Below, in pieces: positions 1-9,873 of a DNA stretch of 64,000 nt (positions are counted from its first letter, which is position 1; each line of letters begins with the position of its first letter). The stretch is taken from contig CANQPW010000001.1 in the NCBI GenBank assembly GCA_947625855.1, forward strand, positions 10,969 to 74,968, in the 5' to 3' direction. The DNA comes from an uncultured Clostridia bacterium. GTDB lineage: Bacteria > Bacillota > Clostridia > TANB77 > CAG-465. Under the pieces are notes generated by a model. The model saw only the letters and a program-made list of their open reading frames with translations, did no database searches and was not told the origin of the DNA. The position numbers and the translations under genes are program-made.

Positions 1-681
1 TAAAACTAAAATCATGCCTAAACGTAAAAACATATTTTCTATTGGCAAAAATAGTATTTCAAGTATATTAAATATAAAAAATAAAGAAATAAAGTTTGTA
101 CCACATCTTTTATGTATTCTTGTTACATTTTTTACATCTTCTAAAGTTAGCTCTTCTTTATCTAATTTTTCATAGGCGTTTATAATTTTATGCTCTGCTC
201 CATGATATTCTATAAAATCAGAAAAAAATGGAACAAATCGTATAGCAAAGCCAGATAAAATAACAAATATAGTTTGTAAAGAGGCCATTATTATTCTATT
301 ATAATTATCAAATGGTAATGATATTAAAAAAGGTAAAATCATATATATGAATATAAAAAATAATACAAGTAGTATAATAGATAAATATCCTATACTTAAG
401 TCTTTATTACTATATTCTATATTATACTTTTCATAATTTGATTTTAGGCTTTCTTTCATATTATATTTTAAATTATATAATATATTTTTTGCATTATATA
501 TTAGTCGTATAAATGGTAATTTTGAAAAACTAAATTTTTCATCTTCCTCAATATAGTTACTTATTCTTACAAATACTTTTCCGTCACTATCTCTTTTTGC
601 TATAACATCTCTTGTACTACTTTCAAACTTTATACCATTATATAAAGCAAGCCCTCCAAATTCTTTTTTCTTTTTTTTCAT
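1..681 (-). CDS. DUF1385 (YqhQ-like) membrane protein, 5'-complete, runs off the window start
   Basis: Minus-strand reading frame is open from an ATG at 681 to position 1. An AAGGAG RBS lies at 691-702 (reverse complement). The translation contains the DUF1385 hallmark ...EYHGAEHKIINAYE... plus hydrophobic segments. It is not in the ORF track because it is truncated by the window edge. Confidence 0.6.
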   Translation of the reverse strand, partial: MKKKKKEFGGLALYNGIKFESSTRDVIAKRDSDGKVFVRISNYIEEDEKFSFSKLPFIRLIYNAKNILYNLKYNMKESLKSNYEKYNIEYSNKDLSIGYLSIILLVLFFIFIYMILPFLISLPFDNYNRIIMASLQTIFVILSGFAIRFVPFFSDFIEYHGAEHKIINAYEKLDKEELTLEDVKNVTRIHKRCGTNFISLFFIFNILEILFLPIENMFLRLGMILVL

Positions 682-698
682 AAATTCTCCTTAAATAA

Positions 699-738
699 AT
701 AAAGAGTGTCTTAATATTTAGACACTCTACAATATTTA
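699..738 (-). terminator. Rho-independent terminator downstream of rpmE
   Basis: Inverted repeat agagtgtc/gacactct (713-720 and 731-738) followed, on the minus strand, by a T-rich run. Confidence 0.5.
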
Positions 739-755
739 TAGTATTTTTCTAAATA

Positions 756-983
756 CTATTTACTTGCTTTTTTTACTTTATCGCCATATTTTTCAATAAA
801 CTTAGCTGCTCTACCTTGATTAGAAATAGATTGTTTTTGACCTGTAAAGAATGGATGACAATTACTACAAGTATCTGTTCTCATTTCTTCTTTTACAGAA
901 CCAGTTTCTATTACATTACCACAAGCACATTTTATTACAGCTTTTCCGTATTTTGGTTGTATATCTGTTTTCATCTTATTCAC
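756..983 (-). CDS. rpmE: 50S ribosomal protein L31
   Basis: 75 aa. Motifs CxCGN...C..CHPFFTG characteristic of L31. Confidence 0.9.
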   Translation of the reverse strand: MNKMKTDIQPKYGKAVIKCACGNVIETGSVKEEMRTDTCSNCHPFFTGQKQSISNQGRAAKFIEKYGDKVKKASK

Positions 984-1397
984 ACCTTCCCATTATCAAG
1001 TATTTAATGTTACTAGTATATTTTAACATATTAAATACAAAAAAACAAGTACTTTTTACTAAAATTGATTATAAAAGAAAAAGATATGTTAAAAATGAAT
1101 GACATATTAACTAATAAATAGATATCGTCTCTTTTTTATGCAATATGCATATAATATTATATGGGAGGTGATTTTATGATGTTAAATCCACAACTTTTAA
1201 AAAAGTATTTATTATGTTGTAATAATATAAAACTCCCAATCACAAACACTCATTATATTACAGGTAAAGATATTTATGTATTTTCAAACTTTGCCTGTAT
1301 AGAAAATACTCTAACTTGTTTTACCAATAACTTTAAATGTTTATGTAAGAATTTTACTAACAAAATATATCATTAAATTTATTTATAATTTATTTTA

Positions 1398-1426
1398 TTG
1401 TCTTTTTTTAAAATTTATGTTATACT
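1398..1426 (+). promoter_or_regulatory. Putative sigma-A promoter for murA: TTGTCT, 17-nt spacer, TATACT
   Basis: -35 at 1398-1403, 17-nt spacer, -10 at 1421-1426. It lies about 45 nt upstream of the murA start with its GGAGG RBS. Confidence 0.4.
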
Positions 1427-1472
1427 CTGTATGAAAAAAGTTTATGTGTTTATAAATTGGAGGAGTTTATAT

Positions 1473-2741
1473 ATGGAAAAATTTATTGTACATGGACCTT
1501 GTAAATTAAAAGGTGAAGTAAATATTAGTGGTGCTAAAAATGCTGCTGTTGCAATACTTCCTGCTACGCTTTTAGTAAAAGGAAAATGCCATCTTGAAAA
1601 TGTACCTAATATAAGTGATATTCGTGCATATGTTGAGATACTTGAATCTCTTGGTTCAAAAATTGAATATTTATCTAAAAATGAAATGATTATTGACAAT
1701 ACTGATATATCATCTGCTATTGCGTCATCTGAGCTTACAAGTAAATTTAGAGCATCATACTATTTACTTGGTGCATTACTTGGAAGATTTGATAAAGTTC
1801 AAATTAGTCTTCCTGGTGGTTGTAATTTAGGTGCTAGACCTATTGATCAACATATAAAAGTATTTGAAAAACTTGGTGCAAAGGTTGAAGTCAGAAGTGG
1901 TAATGTGTATGCTACAAGAACTCAAACTTTAAAAGGTACAGCTATATTTTTAGATATAGTTAGTGTTGGGGCTACAATGAATGCTATACTTGCAGCTACT
2001 CTTGCTGAGGGTACAACAATTATAGAAAATGTTGCAAAAGAACCTCATATAGTAGATTTAGCAAACTTTTTAAATTCTATGGGAGCTAAAATAAAAGGTG
2101 CTGGTACAGATACAATTAAAATTACTGGTGTTAAAGAACTACATCAAGTATCTAGTTATTCTATTATACCAGACCAGATTGAAACAGGTACATTTATGGT
2201 GGCTGCAGCTGCTACTTGTGGTGATGTTTTAATTAAAAACTGTATTCCAAAACATATGGAACCTATTACTGCAAAACTTTTAGAGGCTGGTGCAAATGTT
2301 GAGGAATTTGCTGATAGTATACGAGTTAGTATGGATAAAAAGCCTAATGCCTTTACAGTTAAAACAAGCCCATATCCTGGTTTTCCTACTGATATGCAAC
2401 CTCAAATCTGTATTCTTCTTGCTATTAGTACTGGTACAGGTATGATTGTAGAAAATATATGGGAATCAAGATTTCAATATACTGATGAACTTGTTAAAAT
2501 GGGAGCTGATATTTCTGCTCATGGAACAACTGCTATTGTTAAAGGTGTAGATAAACTATATAGTGCTCCTGTTCGTTCTCATGATTTGAGAGCAGGCGCT
2601 GCTATGATAATTGCAGGTCTTGTAGCAGATGGTAATACAGAAATATATGATATACACCATATACTTAGAGGCTATGAAGATATTACTACTAAATTTGCAA
2701 ACTTAGGTGCAAATATTGAATATATACAAGAGGATGATTAA
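1473..2741 (+). CDS. murA: UDP-N-acetylglucosamine 1-carboxyvinyltransferase
   Basis: MurA/EPT fold signatures (KNAAL-like, catalytic Cys region ...PGGCNLGARPIDQH...). GGAGG RBS at 1459-1463. The track ORF begins at an upstream TTG (1398); ATG 1473 is the more likely start. Confidence 0.9.
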   Translation: MEKFIVHGPCKLKGEVNISGAKNAAVAILPATLLVKGKCHLENVPNISDIRAYVEILESLGSKIEYLSKNEMIIDNTDISSAIASSELTSKFRASYYLLGALLGRFDKVQISLPGGCNLGARPIDQHIKVFEKLGAKVEVRSGNVYATRTQTLKGTAIFLDIVSVGATMNAILAATLAEGTTIIENVAKEPHIVDLANFLNSMGAKIKGAGTDTIKITGVKELHQVSSYSIIPDQIETGTFMVAAAATCGDVLIKNCIPKHMEPITAKLLEAGANVEEFADSIRVSMDKKPNAFTVKTSPYPGFPTDMQPQICILLAISTGTGMIVENIWESRFQYTDELVKMGADISAHGTTAIVKGVDKLYSAPVRSHDLRAGAAMIIAGLVADGNTEIYDIHHILRGYEDITTKFANLGANIEYIQEDD

Positions 2742-2742
2742 T

Positions 2743-3541
2743 ATGATAAATATACACCCATTATATAGTTCTAGTTCTGGAAATTTATTCCATATTGATA
2801 ATGGTAGAACTAACATTTTAATTGATGCCGGTGTAACTTATAAAGCAATTAATGCTGGTCTTACAAGCATTGATAAAAATATGTCTGATATTTCAGCTGT
2901 GCTAATTACTCATGAGCATTCTGACCATATTAAAGGTCTTCCTTTACTTTGTAGGAAAAATTCTAACATTCCTATATATGCTTGTGGTAAAACAGCTGAT
3001 TTCTTAAATGAGCTTTTAAAGGAAAGCAATATATCTGCTAATATTATAAAAACAGAATATGGGAAACCTATTAATATTGGTAAGTTTGAAATCTTACCTT
3101 TTGAAACACCTCATGATGCTGTAATGCCTTGTGGATTTAGGATAACTTCTGGTGAGACTACAATGTCTTATGCAACTGACCTTCGGTCATATGTCAAATG
3201 AAGTTTTTGATAATTTAAAATTTTCAGATTTTGTAGTTTTAGAGTCAAATTATGATACAGCTATGCTTGATTTTGGTAAATATCCTTTTAATCTTAAAAG
3301 ACGTATTAAAAGTGCTACTGGTCATTTATCAAACGATACTAGTGCAACTACCATATCAAGACTTGCAAACTTTGGACAAGCTAATTTTTTGCTTGCTCAT
3401 TTAAGTGAAAATAACAATAATGAGGATATTGCTTTTAATACTATTGCTACTACTCTTAATGCAAATAACATTGATGCTACTAATATAAATATAAACTTTG
3501 CAAGTAAAGAGTTATCAAGTGAGGAATATAATATATGTTAA
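2743..3541 (+). pseudogene. MBL-fold metallo-hydrolase (YycJ/WalJ-like) with internal +1 frameshift
   Basis: Track ORFs 2707..3201 and 3152..3541 are the two halves of one MBL-fold hydrolase (HxHxDH motif ITHEHSDH, then ...ATDL / GHMSNEV...). They join if one C is deleted at about 3184 (gaccttCggtcat). Order YycJ-like followed by rlmH matches Firmicutes synteny. Confidence 0.7.
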
Positions 3542-4023
3542 ATATAAAAATAATATGTGTTGGAAAAATAAAAGAGACTTCTTTGAAGGAATTATGTGAT
3601 GAATACTTAAAGAGGCTAACTAAATATTGTAAAATTGAAATTATAGAACTTGAAGATGAAAAATTACCACAAACACTTAATAATTCTGATATAAGTAGAA
3701 TTAAAGAAATAGAATCTAAAAAAATACAAGATAAAATATCAAAACTAGGTAAATGTACATTATTTTTCTTAGATTTAAAAGGAAAAGAATATTCATCAGA
3801 AGATTTTGCTAAGTGTCTAGATACACAAGCTACATATATTTCTTCTACTTTAGTTTTTGTTATTGGTGGAAGTCTTGGTATGACTGAGGAACTTTTAAAT
3901 ACTAGTAATTATAAAATATGTTTTTCAAAAATGACATTTCCTCATCAATTAATTAGATTATTTTTACTTGAACAAATTTTTAGAGCTTTTAAAATAAATA
4001 ATAATGAAACATATCATCATTAA
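3535..4023 (+). CDS. rlmH: 23S rRNA (pseudouridine1915-N3)-methyltransferase, SPOUT family
   Basis: 162 aa. Typical RlmH/YbeA N-terminus MLNIKIICVGKIKE...EYLKRL. Its start overlaps the upstream gene's stop. Confidence 0.85.
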   Translation: MLNIKIICVGKIKETSLKELCDEYLKRLTKYCKIEIIELEDEKLPQTLNNSDISRIKEIESKKIQDKISKLGKCTLFFLDLKGKEYSSEDFAKCLDTQATYISSTLVFVIGGSLGMTEELLNTSNYKICFSKMTFPHQLIRLFLLEQIFRAFKINNNETYHH

Positions 4024-4044
4024 AACTCCTATATTCTAGGAGCT

Positions 4045-4578
4045 TTATTTTTTGTTTATTATTTTACAAGGTATTCCAACAGCAGTTGAATTATCTGGAA
4101 TATCTTTTAGTACTACTGAATTTGAACCTATTTTTACATTATTTCCAATAGTTATATTTCCAAGTATTTTACTACCACATCCAATTAATACATTATTTCC
4201 TATTGTAGGATGTCTTTTTACTGCTTCTTTTCCTGTTCCTCCAAGTGTTACTTGATGATATATCGTACAATCATCGCCAATTATTGATGTTTCCCCTATT
4301 ACTACTCCCATTCCATGGTCTATAAATAGCCTTTTTCCAATTTTTGCACCTGGATGAATTTCAATACCAGTTAAAAATCTACCTATCTGTGATATTAATC
4401 TAGCAATAAAGAACATATGTTTGTTATATAGATAATGAGTTAATTTGTGTATTAAAATTGCATGAAAACCTGGATATAAAAATATTACTGTAAATATATT
4501 TGGTGCTGCTGGATCTTTTTTTACAATATTTTTTGCTTCATCCATAACAAAGCGAAAAAAAGCTTTCATTAATATCAC
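4045..4578 (-). CDS. cysE: Serine O-acetyltransferase
   Basis: Left-handed beta-helix hexapeptide repeats and the CysE motif ...DPAAP...[12 protein letters not shown]...IHPGAKIG... Confidence 0.85.
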   Translation of the reverse strand: MILMKAFFRFVMDEAKNIVKKDPAAPNIFTVIFLYPGFHAILIHKLTHYLYNKHMFFIARLISQIGRFLTGIEIHPGAKIGKRLFIDHGMGVVIGETSIIGDDCTIYHQVTLGGTGKEAVKRHPTIGNNVLIGCGSKILGNITIGNNVKIGSNSVVLKDIPDNSTAVGIPCKIINKK

Positions 4579-4614
4579 CTACCTGGTATATAATATTAAT
4601 AAAAGACATTTTTG

Positions 4615-5400
4615 TTACTTATTTATTCTTTTAATATTTATAGCTTTTCTTGTATTATCGTCATATTCTACAATTACTGCATTAAATATTGCATCTTCAT
4701 CACTACACTCATATTTTAAATATTCATTTTCTTCAAATCTTCTTAATGCTATTTCTTTCTTTAATCCTAATACACTATTTTTTGGGCCTGTCATTCCTAC
4801 ATCAGTTATATATCCCATTCCACTATCTAGTATTTTTTCATCTGCTGTTTGCACATGTGTATGTGTACCAAAAACCATATTTACTTTATTTTCTAGCATA
4901 TATCCCATTGCTATTTTTTCAGCAGTTGCTTCAGCATGAAAATCAACAAATATATAATCTATTTTTTCATCTTTTAGATTTTCAAGTATCTCTTTTACTT
5001 TACTAAATGGACTTACTGTACTTTTTTCAAACATTTCTCCCATTCCAAATTTTCCAATTAGGTTTATAACACAATATTTCAAGCCATTTTTTTCAACTAT
5101 ACAATATCCATGACCTTCTAAATTTGTTACATTTGCAGGTATAACAAGTCTTTTTAGTTTAATATATTCTGTTGCCATTTCTTTTCTGTAATAAATATGA
5201 TTTCCCATAGTTATTACATCAACACCTAAATTAATTATTTCATTATACTCTCTATCTCTTATTCCTCTTCCACTTGCTGAATTTTCACCATTTACTACAC
5301 AAAAATCTATATTTTCAGATTTTAATATAACATTTAATTCTTCTTTTAATCTTTCAAGACCTTTTCTTCCTACTACGTCTCCTACAAATAATGCTTTCAC
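4615..5400 (-). CDS. ymdB: YmdB-family metallophosphoesterase (2',3'-cyclic-nucleotide phosphodiesterase, TIGR00282)
   Basis: N-terminus MKALFVGDVVGRKG... and conserved GNHIYY / GTHTHVQTAD motifs of the YmdB family. Confidence 0.85.
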   Translation of the reverse strand: MKALFVGDVVGRKGLERLKEELNVILKSENIDFCVVNGENSASGRGIRDREYNEIINLGVDVITMGNHIYYRKEMATEYIKLKRLVIPANVTNLEGHGYCIVEKNGLKYCVINLIGKFGMGEMFEKSTVSPFSKVKEILENLKDEKIDYIFVDFHAEATAEKIAMGYMLENKVNMVFGTHTHVQTADEKILDSGMGYITDVGMTGPKNSVLGLKKEIALRRFEENEYLKYECSDEDAIFNAVIVEYDDNTRKAINIKRINK

Positions 5401-5500
5401 TTAAGCCTACCTCCAAAAAACATTATATACTAAATTATACATAAAATCAATAATCAAACAAAGAAAAAAGGCCGTATATTAATACAACCTAATTAAAAAA

Positions 5501-5623
5501 CTAATCTATCTTGATAACAGATGCTACAATTTTTACATCTGTTTGTACTATTTCTTTAGTATCCAATTTTACCACTTCACCATTAAAAATAATTAATGGT
5601 AACTCAATTTCATCAGTATGCAT
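5501..5623 (-). CDS. Small hypothetical protein (40 aa) upstream of ymdB
   Basis: ATG at 5623 preceded by a strong AGGAGGAGGG RBS. It encodes MHTDEIELPLIIFNGEVVKLDTKEIVQTDVKIVASVIKID. Too short for the ORF track and I do not recognise a family. Confidence 0.3.
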   Translation of the reverse strand: MHTDEIELPLIIFNGEVVKLDTKEIVQTDVKIVASVIKID

Positions 5624-5862
5624 ATAGCATCCCTCCTCCTTTTTAAAATGTGAGACACATTTAAAGTAATCACTTTAAAATAAATTCTCAACCTTTATTA
5701 ATTATAACATACAATACCATATTATGTCAAGAATTGACAAAATCACTTTAATATTGTAATTTTGTATTTGTCAAGTAAAAAAGGAAAAAATATTAAAAAA
5801 ATTGTAAATTTATTAATTTTTTTAAAAATATAGTTAAAAACCTTTACTATCCCCTATTTTAT

Positions 5863-5892
5863 TTGAAAAGTAAACATAAAAAATGGTATAAT
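5863..5892 (+). promoter_or_regulatory. Putative sigma-A promoter with extended -10 (TTGAAA, 18-nt spacer, TGgTATAAT) reading into the GC-rich island
   Basis: -35 TTGAAA at 5863-5868; -10 TATAAT at 5887-5892 with TG at -15/-14. Orientation matches ORF 6105..6560. Confidence 0.4.
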
Positions 5893-6104
5893 AATAGTAT
5901 GAGAATAATTATTTAGAAGTTAACACAATTGTGGGAACTTGATTATCCAAATTGTGTGGCTTCTTTTTTAAAAAAATGCCTGATTTTTAGGCATCATAAA
6001 GGGTCTCCTGAAGAGGGAGAAAGGCGAAAGCCTTTTCGCACTAGATTGCGAGAAAAAATAAAACAGGAAAGGAAGCCCCACAATAGGGCAAAGGGAAGAA
6101 AAAA

Positions 6105-6560
6105 ATGAGGAAAGAAGTAGAGAAGGTTTTAGAAATTGTTAACTCTGAATTTGGAGGTAAAGCCCCCACAAGAGGAAACAAGGACATTGCCACTGGGGAG
6201 TATACCTTCCTATGGTACAAAGTCACCGAGTATTCGGAGGAGGAATGCAAGGAATGGGATAAGTTCTTCTCAATCCTCAATGACCTACTCCACAGTGAAG
6301 AAACCCGTACAGCGGTTATCGCCCTGCTTATGGCAGGAAGATTAACCGAGTACGGCTCCAACCCCTTCGGGGATGCCTGGAGAAGCATTAAGCTCGACAT
6401 CCGGCGGGCCTCTGACCTCTTCGAAGAGGCAGAGGAATTCGTGAAGAAAGGAGGACAAATCCTACATATGCCAGTAACCCTGGCAAAATGGAACTCAAAT
6501 CCCGATGAGTTCCTGTGGGATTATACCACGGGGGAGTGCAAAGAAATTTGCCTCTCCTAA
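6105..6560 (+). CDS. ORFan protein (151 aa) in a GC-rich (~50%) island with atypical codon usage
   Basis: Complete ORF with an A/G-rich leader and a downstream terminator. GC is about 50%, against about 27% in the flanks. Arg is encoded mostly by AGA/AGG and third positions are GC-rich (ccc, ggg, ctc, aag, gag). I recognise no family motif. Confidence 0.6.
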   Translation: MRKEVEKVLEIVNSEFGGKAPTRGNKDIATGEYTFLWYKVTEYSEEECKEWDKFFSILNDLLHSEETRTAVIALLMAGRLTEYGSNPFGDAWRSIKLDIRRASDLFEEAEEFVKKGGQILHMPVTLAKWNSNPDEFLWDYTTGECKEICLS

Positions 6561-6567
6561 CAAAAAT

Positions 6568-6605
6568 AAGGTCTTGCATTAATTTGCAGGGCCTTATCTT
6601 TTTTA
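6568..6605 (+). terminator. Rho-independent terminator after the island ORF
   Basis: Stem aaggtcttgca / tgcagggcctt (two U-G wobbles) followed by tctttttt. Confidence 0.55.
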
Positions 6606-6679
6606 AAGTAAATAATATTTCTGTTTTAAAAAAATTTATTTTTTGTTTTGAAAAATATGTAATTCACAAATAATGTATA

Positions 6680-7663
6680 TTATATATTTGCTACTTTATT
6701 TTGTAATAAATTTGATTTTTCACATCTTCCTCCTATTTTATCAATCACTTTATTATTTTTGTATATATAAATTATTTCACAATTATTACTACAACCACTA
6801 CACTCTACACCAACAGTTTTAAATGCTACATCTTTTATATTGAAGTCAAAATCTATTTCTTTTTCTTCTTTATTTGCTTCTTTTGATAAAATTGCTATAC
6901 CAAGTGCTCCCATAAGATGTGAATTTTCATCTACATATATTTTTTTATTTAATTCATTTTCAAATGCTTTTACTACCCCTTTATTTTTACTTACACCACC
7001 TTGAAATACTACTTTATCTTCTATTTTCTTTCCTCTGGATAAATTATTTAAGTAATTTTTAACAACACTATTACAAAGTCCTGCTATTAAATCTTCTTTT
7101 TTATGACCAATTTGTGCTTTATGAACTAAATCAGATTCTGCAAATACAGTACATCTTGCTGCAATTTTAGATGGTGATTTTGAAGTTAATGCAATATCTC
7201 CCATATTTTCAATATCTATACCTAAACGCTTTGCTTGTGATGATAGAAAAGCACCTGTTCCTGCAGCACATAAAGTATTCATTGCATAATCTACAACAAT
7301 ACCTTGATTAAGTATAATTATCTTAGAATCTTGCCCACCTATTTCAAGTATAGTTCTAACATCAGGATATCTTGACAATGTACCTATTGCATGAGCTGTT
7401 ATTTCATTTTTTATAATATTTGCTCCTACTACATTTCCAACCAAATTTCTTGCAGAACCAGTTGTACCTACTCCATATATTTTTGGAATAATATTTTTTT
7501 CTTTTAATTTATTATCCAAATTTGTTATAACTTTTTTAGTAGCTTCAATAGGGCTACCACAAGTCCAAATATAGTCACTTACAACAATATTTTTATCATC
7601 GTCTATAATAACTGCCTTTGTTGATATAGAACCTATATCTATGCCAATATAATATTTATCCAT
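6680..7663 (-). CDS. BadF/BadG/BcrA/BcrD-type ATPase (CoA-substrate-specific enzyme activase)
   Basis: Acetate/sugar-kinase-fold ATPase; N-terminus YIGIDIGSISTKAVI, GTTGSARNLV, Cys-rich C-terminus. Its start overlaps the stop of the downstream DUF2229 gene. Confidence 0.75.
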   Translation of the reverse strand: MDKYYIGIDIGSISTKAVIIDDDKNIVVSDYIWTCGSPIEATKKVITNLDNKLKEKNIIPKIYGVGTTGSARNLVGNVVGANIIKNEITAHAIGTLSRYPDVRTILEIGGQDSKIIILNQGIVVDYAMNTLCAAGTGAFLSSQAKRLGIDIENMGDIALTSKSPSKIAARCTVFAESDLVHKAQIGHKKEDLIAGLCNSVVKNYLNNLSRGKKIEDKVVFQGGVSKNKGVVKAFENELNKKIYVDENSHLMGALGIAILSKEANKEEKEIDFDFNIKDVAFKTVGVECSGCSNNCEIIYIYKNNKVIDKIGGRCEKSNLLQNKVANI

Positions 7664-8768
7664 ATACCTCTCTCCTATTCTTCTTAATTTTTTCTTTTCT
7701 CATAACCATCATATCTAAAAAAGCTTCAAGTCTTGTTTTAATTCCTGCCTCACTAGTTTGAGAATCAAATGTAAAATATATAATTGGAATATTTTTCTCT
7801 CTACTTATTTTTTGTAAAATAGGCATAGCATTTATTTCAGGAGTACAACCAAAAGGTTTAATATGAATTATTCCATCATATCCATTATTTACTAATTCCA
7901 AAGTATGTGATACGCTCTCAAGTCCATCAGCACCAAGACTATGACACACATAATCTTTAGCATTTTTCAAATGTCCTTTTTGTGCTCTACCTTTCTCAAA
8001 CAAAAGATAAGTAACAGTAGTATATCTTTTCACAAAACATCCCATTTGAGATAGTTCTTTTTCTAAAAACATACTTGAAAACGGTTCCATAGAAGTATAA
8101 AGCTCCCCTACTATTCCAATTTTTATAACATCTGATTTATCATTTTTAACTGCATTTTTTGCAAGATTAAAATATTTATTTTTAAATTCATATAACTCTT
8201 TGTACGAATTAATATATTTTAATTCTTCTAAAAAGTTTTTATGTATTTTTTCAAGTTCACCTTTATTTTTTTCAAATACAATATTTTCTCTTATATATGT
8301 TTCAAACTTATCAAGTATATTTATTGCTTTTATAGCAAAGATAAAATGTAGAGCAAAATCCTTAAATTTTAACTTTTCATTTATTTTTTTAAATCTACCA
8401 TATACTTTTTTTATATTCACTCCTTCTGGATCAAGAAGCGTAATATATTTAAAATCATATCCCATATCTCTTAAAATCTGTTCTTGAATTTCAGCATAAT
8501 ATCCATATCTACACCCTCCTCCAGCTTGTATTAATACATTTGCACCTTTATTTAATGATTCAATAAAATTCCCCATATTATATTTAAAAGGAACACATAT
8601 ATATTCTGGACTAAATTTACTACCAATATCTATTGTATTTTTACTCATTTTATCTGGAACAAGTATCTTAGTAGTATCTTTATCTATAAGCTTTGAAAGT
8701 AAATTATATACAGGAACATAGTAATTTCCTATATGAGGAAAACTTATAACATACTTTTTACTTGACAT
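7656..8768 (-). CDS. Activase-associated protein, DUF2229 / 2-hydroxyacyl-CoA dehydratase D-component-like
   Basis: 370 aa. Paralogous to the next gene; shared C-terminal motif ...KPFGCTPE...YTRLEAF.D... Operonic with the activase. Confidence 0.6.
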   Translation of the reverse strand: MSSKKYVISFPHIGNYYVPVYNLLSKLIDKDTTKILVPDKMSKNTIDIGSKFSPEYICVPFKYNMGNFIESLNKGANVLIQAGGGCRYGYYAEIQEQILRDMGYDFKYITLLDPEGVNIKKVYGRFKKINEKLKFKDFALHFIFAIKAINILDKFETYIRENIVFEKNKGELEKIHKNFLEELKYINSYKELYEFKNKYFNLAKNAVKNDKSDVIKIGIVGELYTSMEPFSSMFLEKELSQMGCFVKRYTTVTYLLFEKGRAQKGHLKNAKDYVCHSLGADGLESVSHTLELVNNGYDGIIHIKPFGCTPEINAMPILQKISREKNIPIIYFTFDSQTSEAGIKTRLEAFLDMMVMRKEKIKKNRREVYG

Positions 8769-8782
8769 ATATATTCCTCCTT

Positions 8783-9712
8783 TTATTTTTTTACTTTTTC
8801 TAAAATATCAGTAAAACTTTCAAGCCTTGTATAAATACCTGCCATTCCATCTTCTTCATCAAGAATTATATTCATACTTGGTACATTTTTTACTTTCCTT
8901 ATACAAAGCTCATTTACCAAAGAATCAGTACCACACGGAAAAACAGAAAAGTATATAATCCCATCAACTTTATCTAAATATTCACAAACTCCATTTAACA
9001 ATTTTATATTTTGCTTCCAATAAATTGATTTTGATATATTTTTATACCTCATCTTCATTTCCTCATTTTTATAAATACTACTATTGATATCAGCATAAAA
9101 AATATCAACACCAAGTTTTTCAAAATAATCTTTTATTGTAAAACCTAAATATTTATCATTATATACATAGCTATGTGCAACTATTAATATCTTTAAATTT
9201 TTACTTTCATTTAGTTTTTTAAGTTGATTATTTAATTTATCTATTTCATAATTTTTTTGCATCCTTTTTGCTTTAAAATATGAAATAGTTGTCTCATAGC
9301 TTCCTTTATTTAATTTTTTCCCTAAGTTTATAAATGCTTTTAACTCATTTTCCCCCTTGTTATAATCAACATTTAAAATCAAAAACTTAGAATCAAAAAT
9401 ATTACAACATATATCATATAACGCATAAAATTTTACACACATAGTTTGATTATTCTTAAAAGTACAAAGTCTTGGAATTACTATATAATCAATATTTTCA
9501 CTCTCTTTTCTCGATATTAGATCTTTTACATGTCCTAAAAATATTTTACTTGCTAAGCATTCCTCATCTATTGAAGCATAAATACCATTTTGAAGCATTT
9601 TTTTATCTGTATCATTACTTAATACCACTTCAATTCCAAGTTCTTTAAAAAAGCATTTAAACATTTCTGCATATTCAAAATAACACAATGCTTTTGGAAT
9701 ACCAATTTTCAT
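8783..9712 (-). CDS. Activase-associated protein, DUF2229-like paralog
   Basis: 309 aa. C-terminus ...FPCGTDS...GIYTRLESFTDIL resembles the previous gene. First gene of the three-gene operon. Confidence 0.6.
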   Translation of the reverse strand: MKIGIPKALCYFEYAEMFKCFFKELGIEVVLSNDTDKKMLQNGIYASIDEECLASKIFLGHVKDLISRKESENIDYIVIPRLCTFKNNQTMCVKFYALYDICCNIFDSKFLILNVDYNKGENELKAFINLGKKLNKGSYETTISYFKAKRMQKNYEIDKLNNQLKKLNESKNLKILIVAHSYVYNDKYLGFTIKDYFEKLGVDIFYADINSSIYKNEEMKMRYKNISKSIYWKQNIKLLNGVCEYLDKVDGIIYFSVFPCGTDSLVNELCIRKVKNVPSMNIILDEEDGMAGIYTRLESFTDILEKVKK

Positions 9713-9873
9713 AATACCACCCTAAAAGTATTATTAGTAATTTTTTCCAGTTAATACCCCATTTTAGAGAATTTATTTTTTTTAAAAGAAATATATGTAG
9801 ATAACAAATAATGTATATTATATATAGTAAGCATAAAAAAATCAAGATATATTTCTATACCTTGATTATTATA

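Noticed and set aside
816-1376. Small ORFs 816..1007, 851..1102 and 1161..1376
   Set aside because: Low-complexity AT-rich translations (runs of F/L/I/Y). They are antisense to rpmE or lie in the murA leader, and none has a convincing RBS.
6041-6579. Track ORFs 6041..6400(-), 6136..6345(+) and 6388..6579(-) inside the GC-rich island
   Set aside because: They are alternate-frame or antisense open frames produced by the high GC content, which leaves few stop codons. The 151-aa forward ORF with leader and terminator is the coherent gene.
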